64,000 nucleotides of DNA, taken from NCBI GenBank assembly GCA_963837545.1, contig CAWINQ010000001.1, positions 1,176,546 to 1,240,545 on the forward strand, written 5' to 3'. This DNA comes from an uncultured Actinomycetota bacterium. Its GTDB lineage: Bacteria > Actinomycetota > Actinomycetes > Mycobacteriales > QHCD01. Under the pieces are notes generated by a model, which did no database searches, was not told where the DNA came from, and saw only the letters and a list, made by a program, of their open reading frames with translations. Below, piece after piece: positions 37,099 through 47,774 of this stretch; position 1 is the first letter of the stretch; the number at the start of each line of letters is the position of its first letter. The position numbers were made by a program, and so were the translations under genes.

Positions 37099-38061
37099 CT
37101 ACGCGGGTCTGTCAGTTCCGCGCAGCGGCTCGCGGGTCCCGCCCGGGTCGGGCGGCAGTGCCTTCGCGAACTCGTACTCGGCCGTGTCGGAGAGGTCGTG
37201 CAGGTGCCGCGACCGGCCGGTACGGCGGTAGCCGAGCCGCTCGTAGAGCCGGTGGGCGTCGAGGAACCGGGTGTCCGACCAGAGCTCCATACGGTGCGCA
37301 CCGCCGGCGCGGGCGGCCTCCTCGACGATGCCGGTCAGCCGGGCGCCCAACCCGCCGCGGCGGGCCGCCGCGGCGACGTAGAGGTTCTTCAGCTCGCTGG
37401 TCTCCCCGTGCGGCTTGTGGCCGATGCAGGCCACGACGACGTCGTCGAGGGTCACCACCCACAGCCGCCCGCCCCAGCCGGCGTACGCGGTCGCGGGGGC
37501 CCGCAGCCAGGGCTCCTCCCCGTCGACGTCGAGGACGCACCCCGGGTACTCGGCGAAACAGGCGCCGAGCAGCCCGATCAGGGCGGCGGAGTCCCCGTCG
37601 ACGGCAGGCCGGACGACGGGAAGGGGCTTGCGCATCCGCAGATGCTCGATGCCCGCCTCGCGGAACGGCTCCCCCTCCGGCCGGTACCCCGCCCGCCGGT
37701 AGAAGTCCTGGGCGTGCAGTTGGGCGTGCAGCTCGACGGCCGCCAGGCCCTGCCGTCCGGCCATCCGCTCCAGTTCGGCCAGCATGGCGGCCCCGACCCC
37801 CGCGCGCCGGTCCGGCTTCGCGACGGCCATCCGCCCGACGAGCGCGACCCCGTCGGACTCGAGCAGCCGACCGGTGCCGATGAGTGTCCCGTCCCGCACC
37901 GCGACCACGTGGGTCGCGTGGTCGTCGCGGCCGTCCTGTTCCAGGTCGGCCGGCACACCCTGGCCCCGGACGAAGACGTCGTGCCGCAACGCCCGGGCGG
38001 CGGCCAGATCACCGGGCCAGGCGGGACGGACGACGACCCCGGCCGGGGCGGCCCGGGTCAC
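37099..38061 (-). CDS. Tandem (double) GNAT acetyltransferase
   Basis: Domain 1 ElaA/YjcF-like (LRHDVFV...GRMAV...HAQ...FYRRAGY...EAGIEH); domain 2 with LYV...RRGGLG...LYERLGY. Confidence 0.87.
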   Translation of the reverse strand: MTRAAPAGVVVRPAWPGDLAAARALRHDVFVRGQGVPADLEQDGRDDHATHVVAVRDGTLIGTGRLLESDGVALVGRMAVAKPDRRAGVGAAMLAELERMAGRQGLAAVELHAQLHAQDFYRRAGYRPEGEPFREAGIEHLRMRKPLPVVRPAVDGDSAALIGLLGACFAEYPGCVLDVDGEEPWLRAPATAYAGWGGRLWVVTLDDVVVACIGHKPHGETSELKNLYVAAAARRGGLGARLTGIVEEAARAGGAHRMELWSDTRFLDAHRLYERLGYRRTGRSRHLHDLSDTAEYEFAKALPPDPGGTREPLRGTDRPA

Positions 38062-38999
38062 GACTGCTCCCGCACGGCGTCCAGCGCGGCCGCGAGGTCG
38101 GCCGGATAGGGGCTGTCGAACTCCACCCACCGGCCGTCGGTCGGGTGGGCGAAGCCGAGCCGGCGGGCGTGCAGCCACTGGCGGGACAGTCCCAGCCGGG
38201 CGGCGAGGGTCGGGTCCGCGCCGTAGGCGGTGTCCCCGACGCAGGGGTGGCGCACGGCGGCCATGTGCACCCGGATCTGGTGCGTGCGGCCGGTCTCCAG
38301 CCGGACGTCGAGCAGCGTCGCCGCCCGGAACGCCTCGATCGTGTCGTAGTGGGTCACGCTGGGCCGGCCGCCCGCAACGACCGCGAACCGCCAGTCCTGG
38401 CCGGGGTGCCGGTCGATCGGTGCGTCGATGGTTCCCCGGGTCGGGTCGGGATGGCCCTGGACCAGAGCGTGGTAGCCCTTGTCGACCGTCCGGTCACGGA
38501 ACGCGTCCTTGAGCACCCGGTAGGCACGCTCGCTCTTGGCGAGCACCATCAGCCCGGTGGTGCCGGCGTCCAGGCGGTGGACGACGCCCTGCCGCTCGGC
38601 CGCGCCGCTCGTCGAGATGCGGTGCCCCATGGCGGCCACGGCCCCGACGACGGTCGGCCCGTCCCAGCCGGGGCTCGGATGCGCCGCGACACCCACGGGC
38701 TTGTCGACCACGGCGATGTCGTCGTCGGCGTAGATCACCCGCAGACCGGGCACCGGTTCGGGCCGGCTCGGCGGCGCCGTCTCCGGCACCGGCAGGCTCA
38801 CCTCGAGCCACGCCCCGGCCGGGAGCCGGTCCGACCGGCGGGACGGGCGCCCGTCGACCGAGACCTGCCCCGCATCGACGAGGGCCGCGGCCCGGGTGCG
38901 GGAAAACCCGAACAGGCGGGCCAGCGCCGCGTCGGCGCGCAACCCGTCCAGGCCCTCGGGGACGGGAAGCCCGCGCTGCTGCGTCTCCGGACCACTCAC
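38058..38999 (-). CDS. rluD: RluA/RluD-family pseudouridine synthase
   Basis: S4-like N-terminus, [15 protein letters not shown] and [12 protein letters not shown] motifs. Confidence 0.93.
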   Translation of the reverse strand: MSGPETQQRGLPVPEGLDGLRADAALARLFGFSRTRAAALVDAGQVSVDGRPSRRSDRLPAGAWLEVSLPVPETAPPSRPEPVPGLRVIYADDDIAVVDKPVGVAAHPSPGWDGPTVVGAVAAMGHRISTSGAAERQGVVHRLDAGTTGLMVLAKSERAYRVLKDAFRDRTVDKGYHALVQGHPDPTRGTIDAPIDRHPGQDWRFAVVAGGRPSVTHYDTIEAFRAATLLDVRLETGRTHQIRVHMAAVRHPCVGDTAYGADPTLAARLGLSRQWLHARRLGFAHPTDGRWVEFDSPYPADLAAALDAVREQS

Positions 39000-39033
39000 G
39001 ATCACCCATGGTGGCACGTCCGCCGGTGGGCGA

Positions 39034-39603
39034 TCAGCGGCGGCGGGGCCCGGTGCGCCGTCCGCCGTCGATGTCGAAGCCGAACAGGACCAGCACGACC
39101 GCGCAGATGCCGCCGATGACGATCGCCGAGTCGGCGAGGTTGAAGATCGGCCAGACCCGCCCGTAGGGATCCAGCAAGCTGATCCAGTCGACGACCGCAC
39201 CGCGCAGCGGGCCCGGCGCCCGCGCCAGACGGTCCACGAGGTTGCCGGCCGCCCCGCCCAGGACCAGCCCGAGGGCCACCGCCCAGCCGGTCGAGCGGAG
39301 CCGGGACGCGGCCCGGACGATGATCACGACCACGGCGGCGGCGATCACGGTGAAGATGATCGTCGCACCCGCGGCGAGGGAGAACGCCGCTCCGGTGTTG
39401 CGGGCCTCGACCAGGTAGACCAGCCCCCCGAGGACCCGTACCGGCGCGTGGTCGGCGAGCGTGGCGACCACCACGGCCTTGCTGATCGCGTCGAGAGCGA
39501 GCACGGTCGCGGCGATCACGAAGACCCACGGCGTCCGGCGCTGCGGAACCGGGCTCGGCTCCCCCGTCGGCCGTTCGGCCGGCCGCTCGTCGCTGTCGGT
39601 CAC
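39034..39603 (-). CDS. lspA: Lipoprotein signal peptidase
   Basis: NTGAAFS, GNLVDR, VVDWI and FNLAD motifs. Confidence 0.95.
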   Translation of the reverse strand: MTDSDERPAERPTGEPSPVPQRRTPWVFVIAATVLALDAISKAVVVATLADHAPVRVLGGLVYLVEARNTGAAFSLAAGATIIFTVIAAAVVVIIVRAASRLRSTGWAVALGLVLGGAAGNLVDRLARAPGPLRGAVVDWISLLDPYGRVWPIFNLADSAIVIGGICAVVLVLFGFDIDGGRRTGPRRR

Positions 39604-39612
39604 AGGCCCATT

Positions 39613-39701
39613 GTCCCGGGCGGGACCGGATGAGTCGTCCCGGGCGGGACCGGATGAGTCGTCCCGAGCGGGACCGGATGAGTCGTCCCGGGCGGGACCG
39701 G
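39613..39701. repeat. 24-bp tandem repeat x3.7 upstream of lspA
   Basis: GTCCCGGGCGGGACCGGATGAGTC at 39613, 39637, 39661 and 39685 (partial). Confidence 0.9.
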
Positions 39702-39742
39702 CCGGGTGCCGCGCGGACGCGGAGCCCGGCCGGTCGGCCGGC

Positions 39743-40760
39743 TCAGCGGCGCTCTTCACGCTGCTTGCACGTCACGCACAACGTCGCGCTCGGGAACGCC
39801 TGCAGCCGGGCCTTCGCGATCGGGTTGCCGCACGACTCACAGCGGCCGTAGGTGCCCGCGTCGATCCGGTCGATCGCCCGTTCGGTCTGCAGGAGCAGTT
39901 CGAACCGGTTGTTGGCGATCGACATCTCCTGTTCGCGCTCGAATGTCTTGGTGCCGGCATCCGCCTGGTCGTCGCCGGCCCCGTCGTTGGCCTGGGACTG
40001 CAGATCCTCGAGTTCGGCGATCGAGACGGTGTACTCCGCACGCAGCTCGTCGAGCTGGGTGGCGAGGTCCGAGCGCACCTCGACGAGCTCGGCCTCGGTC
40101 CAGGCGTCGCCGGCCGGCACCGGTGGCAACGGAAGCGACGTTGCCGCCTGTCCGGATCCGCCCGCCTTCTTCGCCGGCTTGACCGCCCGCGCCGGGCTCT
40201 TCCGGGCCGGACTCTTCTGGGCCGGACTCTTCTGGGCCGGACTCTTCTGGGCCGGACTCTTCTGCGGCCGGACTCTTCTGGGCCGGACTCTTCTCGCGGC
40301 CGGACTCTTCTGCGCCGGACTCTTCTGGGCGGACCTTCTGCCGGTCTCTGGGCCGGACTCTTCTTCGCGGCCGTCTTCTGAGCAGCCGTCTTCTGGGCCG
40401 GACCCTCTTCGCGGATGCGGACGTCTTCTGGGCGGCCGTCTTCGGGGCAGCCGTCTTCTGGGCGGCCGTCTTCTGGGCCTTCGTGACGGGCTTCTTCTTG
40501 GCCGGCGGTCGCTGCGTCGCGTTCCGGGGCGCCTTCTGGGCCGTCTTCTGGGCCGTCTTCTGGGCCGTCTTCTGGGCCGTCTTTGGGGCCGCCTTCTGGG
40601 CCGTCTTGGCGGCGGCCTTCTTCGTGGCGGGCCCCGTGCCCGCAGCCGCCCCCGACGCCCGGGACCCCCGGGACGCGGCGGCACGGCCCGGCGCGGCGAC
40701 CCTCGTAGCGCCCCCCGGAGCCGGCCTGCGGGCCGGCGAACTACCAGTGTTCTTCGCCAC
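39743..40760 (-). CDS. TraR/DksA C4 zinc-finger protein with Lys/Ala-rich repeat N-terminus; frame broken within the repeats
   Basis: C-terminal DQADAG, YGRCESCG...RLQAFP...CVTC in one frame; N-terminal MAKNT...KTAQ repeats in another; indel-bearing units at about 40260-40420. Confidence 0.82.
40196..40610. repeat. Intragenic 15-bp (QKSPA) and 12/15-bp (KTAQ) tandem arrays
   Basis: GGCCGGACTCTTCTG and GGGCCGTCTTCT units. Confidence 0.9.
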
Positions 40761-40787
40761 GGTCGGGTGACACCGCCTTCACATCGC

Positions 40788-40815
40788 TCGGCAGGCACCG
40801 GTCGGTGCCTGCCGA
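40788..40815. other. Perfect 13-bp inverted repeat in the cvrA-dksA intergenic region
   Basis: TCGGCAGGCACCG-GT-CGGTGCCTGCCGA; no U-tract. Confidence 0.7.
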
Positions 40816-40915
40816 CAGCCGGAACGATCCCAAGTGACCGATCAGGATACGAGTCCGTGCCGAACGCGACAACGTGCCGCGCGGCCGACGGGCGGGACAA
40901 CCGCCGTTGCGCGGC

Positions 40916-42415
40916 TCAACCGGGCATATCGGGATCACCCCGCTCGCCCCACCAGCGGGCGAGCCGGCCGGCCCGGCTGACCGCGCGCAGCCGGCGTTCG
41001 GTCTCCCGGCGCGCCGCCGAGGTCGCCACGATGAGCAGCGCGTCGCCGCGGGCCAGCCGGGTCTGCCCGTCCGGGACGAAGCTCGCGCCGGACCGCACGA
41101 CCAGCGACAACGCCGCGCCCGGGGGCAGGCGGAGTTCGTCGACGTAGACGCCGTGCAGGCGCGAGCCGACCGGAACCTGCACCTGGAGCAGGTCGGCGTG
41201 GAGCTCCTCGAGAGGGGCGGCCTCGACGGTCACCTCCCGGGGGGCCGCCCGCTCGAGGACGTCGAGCTTCACCGCGACCCAGGGCAGGGAGGTGCCCTGG
41301 ATCACCGTGAAGACGATGACCAGAACCACCACCGTGTTGAACAGGCGATCCGCGTGTGGTCGGCCGGCGCTGATCGGGATCGTGGCCAGCACGATGGGTA
41401 CGGCGCCGCGCAGCGCGGCCCAGGACAGGAAGGCCTGCTCCCGCAGACCGAACCGGAACCAGACGGCGCTGAGGAAGACGGAGAGCGGGCGGGCGACCAC
41501 CAGCAGGACCGCGCCCACCGCCAGGGCGGGCAGGATGGCCGGCGGAAGGCCATCCGGGCTGACGAGAAGTCCGAGCAGCACGAACAACCCGATCTGGGCC
41601 AGGGAACCGAGCCCTTCGGCGAACCCGAGGGTGGCCCGTCGGTGCGGCAGCTCGGAGTTGCCGAGCACCAGTCCGGCGAGGTAGACGGCCAGGAAGCCGG
41701 ACGCGTGGGCCACCGAGGCAACGGCGTAGCCGAGGACGGCGAAGGTGACCGCGGCGAGCGGATAGAGCCCGGCCGACGGCAGCGCGCTGCGCCGCAGGAC
41801 GACCGCTCCCGCGAACCCGACCGCCAGCCCGATGACGGCGCCGGCGAGCAACTCGTAGGCAATGAGCCCGGTGGTGGCCAGCACCGTCCGCCCGTGGGCC
41901 GCGGTCAGCAAGACGACCAGAATCACCGCCGGGGCGTCGTTGACCCCCGATTCCACCTCGAGGACGGCGGCCAACCGCCCGCGCAGCGGCAGCCGTCGCA
42001 GGGTGGCGAAGACGGCGGCGGCGTCGGTCGAGGAGACGATGGCCCCGAGCAGCAGGCCGTCCCGCACGTCGAAGCCGAGGATCACGACCGCCGCGCCGGC
42101 GGTGACGGCCACCGTGATCCCGAATCCGACGGTGGCGAGCACGACGCCGAGGGGCATGGCCGGGCGCACCGTCAGCCAGCGGGTCGACAGGCCACCCTCG
42201 GCGAGGATCAGGACCAGCGCGGACAGGCCCAGGGTGCGGGTCAGCGACGCGTCGTCGAACTGCACCCCCAGGCCGGACTCGCCGACGGCCAGGCCGAGCC
42301 CGAGGTAGATCAGCAGCGTCGGCAACCCGAAGCGGTCGGACACCCGCACCGCGAGGACGGCGACGAGCACCACCGCGGCGCCGAGCAGGACGGCCAGATC
42401 GACCGACCCGCTCAT
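40916..42415 (-). CDS. cvrA: K+/H+ antiporter (NhaP2/CvrA family) with TrkA-C domain
   Basis: ILAEGG, SSTDAAAVF, ESGVND, LRGAVPIVLA and QGTSL motifs. Confidence 0.9.
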   Translation of the reverse strand: MSGSVDLAVLLGAAVVLVAVLAVRVSDRFGLPTLLIYLGLGLAVGESGLGVQFDDASLTRTLGLSALVLILAEGGLSTRWLTVRPAMPLGVVLATVGFGITVAVTAGAAVVILGFDVRDGLLLGAIVSSTDAAAVFATLRRLPLRGRLAAVLEVESGVNDAPAVILVVLLTAAHGRTVLATTGLIAYELLAGAVIGLAVGFAGAVVLRRSALPSAGLYPLAAVTFAVLGYAVASVAHASGFLAVYLAGLVLGNSELPHRRATLGFAEGLGSLAQIGLFVLLGLLVSPDGLPPAILPALAVGAVLLVVARPLSVFLSAVWFRFGLREQAFLSWAALRGAVPIVLATIPISAGRPHADRLFNTVVVLVIVFTVIQGTSLPWVAVKLDVLERAAPREVTVEAAPLEELHADLLQVQVPVGSRLHGVYVDELRLPPGAALSLVVRSGASFVPDGQTRLARGDALLIVATSAARRETERRLRAVSRAGRLARWWGERGDPDMPG

Positions 42416-42466
42416 CGTGCAGACCGGTCCGCGTCAGCGCCTCGCTGAGGCGCGATCAGCTGCCGC

Positions 42467-43054
42467 TCATCCCCCGGCGGCACGGCGGCGGATGGCGTCG
42501 GCGAACGTCGCGTCGGGAGCGCACCGGGAGCAGGGCGTGAATCCGGCCTCGCGCGCTTCGAGCCGAGGGAGCGGCACGGCTTCCTTGCCGGACAGGTGCG
42601 GGCAGCCGGCGAGGTGGTAACGCGGCCGGCCGTCGACGACCATCACCTCGTCCTCGACGTCGACGACCCGCAGCGCGTCCGGGGCGGAGACGTCCTCCTC
42701 CAGCGGCTCGTCCGGGGGATCCGGGTAATCCGCCGCGTCCGATACGGCGCCGGCCGGTGGCTCGGCCGCCTCGACGTTGACCGGTTCGGACGCGGCGAAC
42801 GGCGCCGTCGACGGTGGCGCCGTCGACGGCGGTGCGGCCGGAGGCTGGTGCGGGTCACCGCCCCCGCTCGCGGAACCGACCGACCTGGTGCCGGGGATCC
42901 GGACACGCCGGTAGAAGACCGACGCCGTCAGGGCAGCGGCCGCGACCACGCTCGCCCCGATCGAGGCCCACACCAGCTGGTGGTTGTCCTCGACCACGCC
43001 GGTCGCCAGCAGCGCCGCGGAGCCGAGCACCAGCAGCAGACTGATGATGATCAC
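42467..43054 (-). CDS. Membrane-anchored hypothetical protein with C-terminal Cys/His metal-binding motif
   Basis: Two N-terminal TM helices, Pro-rich linker, VVDGRPRYHLAGCPHL...GFTPCSRC. Confidence 0.8.
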   Translation of the reverse strand: MIIISLLLVLGSAALLATGVVEDNHQLVWASIGASVVAAAALTASVFYRRVRIPGTRSVGSASGGGDPHQPPAAPPSTAPPSTAPFAASEPVNVEAAEPPAGAVSDAADYPDPPDEPLEEDVSAPDALRVVDVEDEVMVVDGRPRYHLAGCPHLSGKEAVPLPRLEAREAGFTPCSRCAPDATFADAIRRRAAGG

Positions 43055-43118
43055 ACGCGGCCCCGGTGTCCGGTTGCCGGGACCTCAGGAGCCCGGGCCG
43101 GTCTCGGTCCGGCCGCGG

Positions 43119-43895
43119 TCACCCGATCGACCGGTCGGACCTGCCGGGCGCGCCGCCGTCGGCCGAGTGCTGCCGGACACCCGAGCTGCGCGCCGGACCG
43201 CCGGCCGGCTCCAGCGTGTCCGACCCGCGCAGGTCCTGCAGCTGGGACTCGAAGTAGGTCGTGAGCCGGCTGCGGTACTCCCGCTCGAAAGTACGCAGGT
43301 GCTCGACCGCCTTCTCCAGCTCGCCCTTCTGGGTGCCCAGGCTGCCCATGACCTCCTGATGGCGCCGCTCGGCCTCGTCGGTCAGGGCGGCCGCCTTGTT
43401 CCGGGCGTCCCGTTCGATCGACTCGGCACGGGTGCGTGCCTCACCGCTGAGCCCGTCGGCCTTCGACCGGGCATCGGCGACCAGCCGCTGGGCCTCCGAC
43501 CGCGCTGCACCGAGGGTTCGGTCGGCCTCGGCCTTGGCCTCGGCGACGTGCTTGTCGGCGGTCTCCTGGGCCAACGCGAGCATGCGGACGGCCTTGACCT
43601 GGTCGCCCTCGTTCGCGGCCGCGGCGGCTCCCGCCGCGGCAGCGGCAGCGGCCTGGCCGGTTCCCGACGCTCCGGTTGCGGGCTCCACGGGAGTGGCGGG
43701 CGGTTCCCCCTCGGCGGCCTGCGGCTGGTCGGCCTGGGGCCGGGCCTTGAGGTCGTTGTTCTCCTCGATCAGCCGGGAGAGCTCGGACTCAACGAGGTCG
43801 AGGAACTCGTCGACCTCGTCCTCGTCATAACCGCGCTTGCCGATCGGCGGCTTCTTGAACGCGACATTGTGCACGTCAGCGGGAGTTAGCGGCAT
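43119..43895 (-). CDS. divIVA: DivIVA/Wag31
   Basis: MPLTPADVHNVAFKKPPIGKRGYDEDEVD and FEREYRSRL. Confidence 0.96.
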   Translation of the reverse strand: MPLTPADVHNVAFKKPPIGKRGYDEDEVDEFLDLVESELSRLIEENNDLKARPQADQPQAAEGEPPATPVEPATGASGTGQAAAAAAAGAAAAANEGDQVKAVRMLALAQETADKHVAEAKAEADRTLGAARSEAQRLVADARSKADGLSGEARTRAESIERDARNKAAALTDEAERRHQEVMGSLGTQKGELEKAVEHLRTFEREYRSRLTTYFESQLQDLRGSDTLEPAGGPARSSGVRQHSADGGAPGRSDRSIG

Positions 43896-43953
43896 GGGAT
43901 CACCTCAGGAAGGGGACGTGGCCGGCGCAGGGACCGGCCACTGGTACGACTCG

Positions 43954-44253
43954 TCACGCGGCACGACTGCCTACCACGCCCAACAGGATGTAGACGACGA
44001 AAAACAGAACAATAAACCCCAGGTCGATGCTGATCCCGCCCAGCCGGAGCGGGGGGATCAGCCGGCGGAGGAGTTTCAGCGGTGGGTCTGTGGCCGAGTA
44101 GACCACCTCGAGGCCCGCCGCCACCAATCCACCCGGCCGCCAGTGCCGGGCCAGCTGCATGACCCATTCCACGACAAAACGCGCGACGAGCAGCAGAAGG
44201 AAGACGAGAAGAAGGAAATGGAGGACCTGCCAGAAGCTGCTCACCGAGATCAA
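43954..44253 (-). CDS. yggT: YggT/YlmG family membrane protein
   Basis: [24 protein letters not shown]; between sepF and divIVA. Confidence 0.92.
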   Translation of the reverse strand: MISVSSFWQVLHFLLLVFLLLLVARFVVEWVMQLARHWRPGGLVAAGLEVVYSATDPPLKLLRRLIPPLRLGGISIDLGFIVLFFVVYILLGVVGSRAA

Positions 44254-44741
44254 CTCTGGTTGAAAAAGCCACCCTCGGCGATGCGGGCCTTGTCCTCGGC
44301 GGTGACACGGACGTTCTGCGGCGACAGCAGGAAGACCTTGTTCGTCACACGCTCGATGCTGCCCCGCAGGCCGAAGATGAGCCCGGCGGCGAAGTCGACG
44401 AGACGCTTGGCGTCCGCGTCGTCCATCTCGGTGAGATTGATGATGACCGGTACCCCGTCACGGAAGTGCTCGCCGATCGTGCGCGCCTCGTTGTAGGTAC
44501 GGGGGTGCAGCGTGGTGATCCGCGAGAGCGGAATGTCGTCGTAGCCGACATCGGTCACCGCGGGCGCCTCCTCCGACCAGGACCGCACCGCGCCGCGGTC
44601 GCTGCGGTCGCGGCGGGCGGCGACGGCACCGGACTCGTCGGCGTATTCGTCGTACTCGTCGTAGTCCGCCGCGTCACCCGGACGCTCGTCGTCCTCGACA
44701 AGCCCGAGGTAGATTCCCATCTTGCGCATGGCGCCGGCCAT
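44250..44741 (-). CDS. sepF: Cell division protein SepF
   Basis: [16 protein letters not shown] and [11 protein letters not shown] motifs. Confidence 0.95.
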   Translation of the reverse strand: MAGAMRKMGIYLGLVEDDERPGDAADYDEYDEYADESGAVAARRDRSDRGAVRSWSEEAPAVTDVGYDDIPLSRITTLHPRTYNEARTIGEHFRDGVPVIINLTEMDDADAKRLVDFAAGLIFGLRGSIERVTNKVFLLSPQNVRVTAEDKARIAEGGFFNQS

Positions 44742-44785
44742 CGGGCGTCCTTCCTCGGTAGAGCTGTCCATCACCTTGGGCGAGG

Positions 44786-45508
44786 TTACCCGACGACGGG
44801 CGGCCTGCCTCCCAGCAACGCCGTCCCGACACGCACCTGCGTCGTGCCGTGGCGTACGGCGGCCTCCAGGTCGCCGCTCATCCCCGCGGACAGCGCCGTC
44901 GCCTGGGGATGCCCCGCCCGCAGCCGAGCGGCATGCCCGGCGAGTTCAGCGTACGCGAGGTCGGGATCGGCACCGAGCGGAGCAACGGCCATCAGCCCGG
45001 CCAGCCGAAGGTGCGGTGCTGCCTCCACCCGGTCGGCCAGGGCCGGGAGGTCCGCGGCGAGCGCTCCCCCACGCGCCGGATCGCCGTCCAGGCTGACCTG
45101 CAGGAGGACGTCGAGCGGCGCAACCCGATCAGCGACGACCCGGTCGGCGGCGGCCCGGTCGAGCGGGTCGACGAGCACGGCGCGGTCGAGACTGTCGACG
45201 CTGGCGGCATAGCCGGCGATCGACCGGATCTTGTTGCGTTGGATCCGTCCGATGAAGTGCCACCTGACCTCGGGGACGGCGGCGGCCTTGGGTGCCGCCT
45301 CCTGATCCCGGTTTTCCCCGACGTCGGTGATCCCGAGCGCGGCCAGCCGGCGTACGTCGTCGGCGCCGAAGGTCTTGGTCACCGCAACCAGCCCCACCTC
45401 GACCGGGTCGCGGCCGGCGGCGCGGGCCGCCCGCTCGATCCGGGCCCGGAGCCCGGTGAGGTTGGCCGCCAGCTCGCGGCTGCGCGGGTCGTCGTTCAAC
45501 TGCGCCAT
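44786..45508 (-). CDS. yggS: PLP homeostasis protein
   Basis: VAVTK, GENR, WHFIG, GLMAVAP, SAGMSGD and VRVG motifs. Confidence 0.94.
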   Translation of the reverse strand: MAQLNDDPRSRELAANLTGLRARIERAARAAGRDPVEVGLVAVTKTFGADDVRRLAALGITDVGENRDQEAAPKAAAVPEVRWHFIGRIQRNKIRSIAGYAASVDSLDRAVLVDPLDRAAADRVVADRVAPLDVLLQVSLDGDPARGGALAADLPALADRVEAAPHLRLAGLMAVAPLGADPDLAYAELAGHAARLRAGHPQATALSAGMSGDLEAAVRHGTTQVRVGTALLGGRPPVVG

Positions 45509-46197
45509 GCGATCCCCGCCTGGCGCCCGGTGACGCCGTCCCGCCGGTAGCTGAACAGCGTCGGATCTTCCGCCGTGCACCGCGGATCGAGCACCACCCG
45601 GCCGACGCCGCACATCGTGAGCTGCCGCCCCAGCCCGGCCCGCAGGTCGAGCCCGGGGGTACCGGCCGCGGTGCGGCAGGCGCTTCCGGGAAGGGCACCC
45701 TCCACGTCGGCCTGCATCGCCTCGGGAACCTCGTAGCAGCGGCCGCAGATCGCCGGTCCCAGCAGCGCGTCGATCCGGTCCGGCCGCGCGCCGGTCGCCA
45801 CCATCGCCTCGATCGCCCGCCGGGCGATGCCCAACCGGGCGCCCGGCCGGCCCGCGTGGATCGCCGCGACGACCCCGGCATCGGGGTCGGCGAGCAGCAT
45901 CGGCACGCAGTCCGCGACCAGCACGACCAGCGCGAGGCCGCGGCTCGCGGTGACCACGCCGTCGGTCGCGGGCAGCGGGCCCTCCTGCGGCCCGTCGACC
46001 ACCGCGACCGTCGCGCCGTGCACCTGCTCCATCCAGACGAGCCGATCGCCCGGCACACCGAGCTCGGCGCTCAGCCGAGCCCGGTTGCGGGTGACCGCGG
46101 CCGGGTCGTCGCCGACCCCCCGGCCGAGGTTGAACGTGTCGTACGGCGGCGCGCTCACGCCGCCCGCGCGGGTACTGACGACGCGGCGGACCGGCAT
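45496..46197 (-). CDS. pgeF: Peptidoglycan editing factor / YfiH laccase-domain protein
   Basis: QVHG, ADCVP, HAG, GPAICGRCYEV and FSYRR motifs. Confidence 0.94.
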   Translation of the reverse strand: MPVRRVVSTRAGGVSAPPYDTFNLGRGVGDDPAAVTRNRARLSAELGVPGDRLVWMEQVHGATVAVVDGPQEGPLPATDGVVTASRGLALVVLVADCVPMLLADPDAGVVAAIHAGRPGARLGIARRAIEAMVATGARPDRIDALLGPAICGRCYEVPEAMQADVEGALPGSACRTAAGTPGLDLRAGLGRQLTMCGVGRVVLDPRCTAEDPTLFSYRRDGVTGRQAGIAWRS

Positions 46198-46210
46198 CCC
46201 TACCGCGCGG

Positions 46211-47473
46211 TCAGGACTTGAGGAAGTCGGGGACGTCGAGCTCGTCCTCGAACTCGACCGGCCGACGGCCCGCCGGCCGGGTGCCGGTACCGGCAGGAAC
46301 CGGTGCCGGGTTCGACGCCGGCGCCGGACGTGACGCCGGTGCCGGATGCGATGCCGGCGCCGGATGCGGAGCCGGTGCGGACGCCGTCGATCCTTGAGCC
46401 GGAGCCGGTTGCGGCGTCGGGGGGGCGTTGTCCGGGCGGCCCACCGACCCGGTCGCCGGTGCCGCGGCCGGCGCGGCGTTGTCCGGGCGGGCGCGGCGCG
46501 CGGGCTCGGCCTTCTTGTAGGTCGGCGCACCGCCGTCGAAGCCGGCCGCGATCACGGTGACCCGCACCTCGTCGCCGAGGGCGTCGTCGATCACGGCACC
46601 GAAGATGATGTTGGCGTCGGGATGCGCCGCATTGGCGACCAGCGATGCGGACTCGTTGATCTCGAACAGTCCGAGGTCGGAACCGCCGGAGATGGACAGC
46701 AGCACACCGTGCGCCCCGTCCATGCTGGCTTCGAGCAGCGGGCTGGCGACCGCCATCTCCGCCGCGGTGACGGCGCGGTTGTCGCCGCGCGCGTTGCCGA
46801 TGCCCATCAGGGCCGATCCGGCACCGCTCATCACCGACTTGACGTCGGCGAAGTCGAGGTTGATCAGGCCAGGTGTCGTGATGAGATCGGTGATGCCCTG
46901 GACACCGGAGAGCAGCACCTGGTCGGCGCTCTTGAACGCGTCCATGACGCTGACGGACGCGTCGCTGATCTGCAGCAGCCGGTCGTTGGGGATCACGATC
47001 AGCGTGTCGCACTCGTTACGCAGGCCGTCGATGCCGTCCTCGGCGGCGGTCGCCCGCCGCTTGCCCTCGAAGGTGAACGGACGGGTCACGACGCCGATCG
47101 TGAGTGCGCCGAGCTTGCGGGCGATGCTGGCCACGACCGGCGCCCCGCCGGTCCCGGTGCCGCCGCCTTCGCCCGCGGTCACGAAGACCATGTCGGCGCC
47201 CTTGAGCACCTCCTCGATCTCCTCGCTGTGGTCCTCGGCGGCCTGCCGGCCCACGTCGGGGTCGGCGCCCGCACCGAGGCCCCGGGTCAGCTCCCGGCCC
47301 ACGTCCAGCTTGACGTCGGCGTCGCTCATCAGCAGCGCCTGCGCGTCGGTGTTGATCGCGATGAACTCGACACCCTTGAGCCCGACCTCGATCATCCGGT
47401 TGACGGCGTTGACACCGCCACCGCCGATTCCGACGACCTTGATGATCGCGAGGTAGTTCTGCGGAGGGGTCAT
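46211..47473 (-). CDS. ftsZ: Cell division protein FtsZ
   Basis: GGGGVNA, GGGTGTG, NLDFAD and C-terminal LDVPDFLK; 18-bp repeats in the linker. Confidence 0.99.
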   Translation of the reverse strand: MTPPQNYLAIIKVVGIGGGGVNAVNRMIEVGLKGVEFIAINTDAQALLMSDADVKLDVGRELTRGLGAGADPDVGRQAAEDHSEEIEEVLKGADMVFVTAGEGGGTGTGGAPVVASIARKLGALTIGVVTRPFTFEGKRRATAAEDGIDGLRNECDTLIVIPNDRLLQISDASVSVMDAFKSADQVLLSGVQGITDLITTPGLINLDFADVKSVMSGAGSALMGIGNARGDNRAVTAAEMAVASPLLEASMDGAHGVLLSISGGSDLGLFEINESASLVANAAHPDANIIFGAVIDDALGDEVRVTVIAAGFDGGAPTYKKAEPARRARPDNAAPAAAPATGSVGRPDNAPPTPQPAPAQGSTASAPAPHPAPASHPAPASRPAPASNPAPVPAGTGTRPAGRRPVEFEDELDVPDFLKS

Positions 47474-47530
47474 CCGACTGCCTTCCTGTTGCCGCGTCTG
47501 GGGCAGCGTGTCTGGGGTTCGATGGGCTGG

Positions 47531-47567
47531 ACTCTCATCCTCAAGTAGACCCTTATAGTTATGTCAA
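47531..47567 (-). promoter_or_regulatory. AT-rich putative regulator site upstream of ftsZ
   Basis: TTGACATAACTATAAGGGTCTACTTGAGGATGAGAGT; weak dyad, right half resembles the Corynebacterium FtsR site as recalled. Confidence 0.35.
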
Positions 47568-47774
47568 CCTGAGCGATAGGTCGGACAGTAAAGAGCACCT
47601 GCGGGCCGTTCAAGCACCACGCCGCGTGTCGCGGAAATATCGGGATCCGCGTGTCGCCCGCACCGTCCGGCGAGCGGCCGAACCGGCCCGCAACCGGCCC
47701 GCAACCCATGATCGTGATCGGTTTCGTACGGCGTGTCGCCCGCAAATCCGCTCGTGATCTTGCGGGATCGACGG

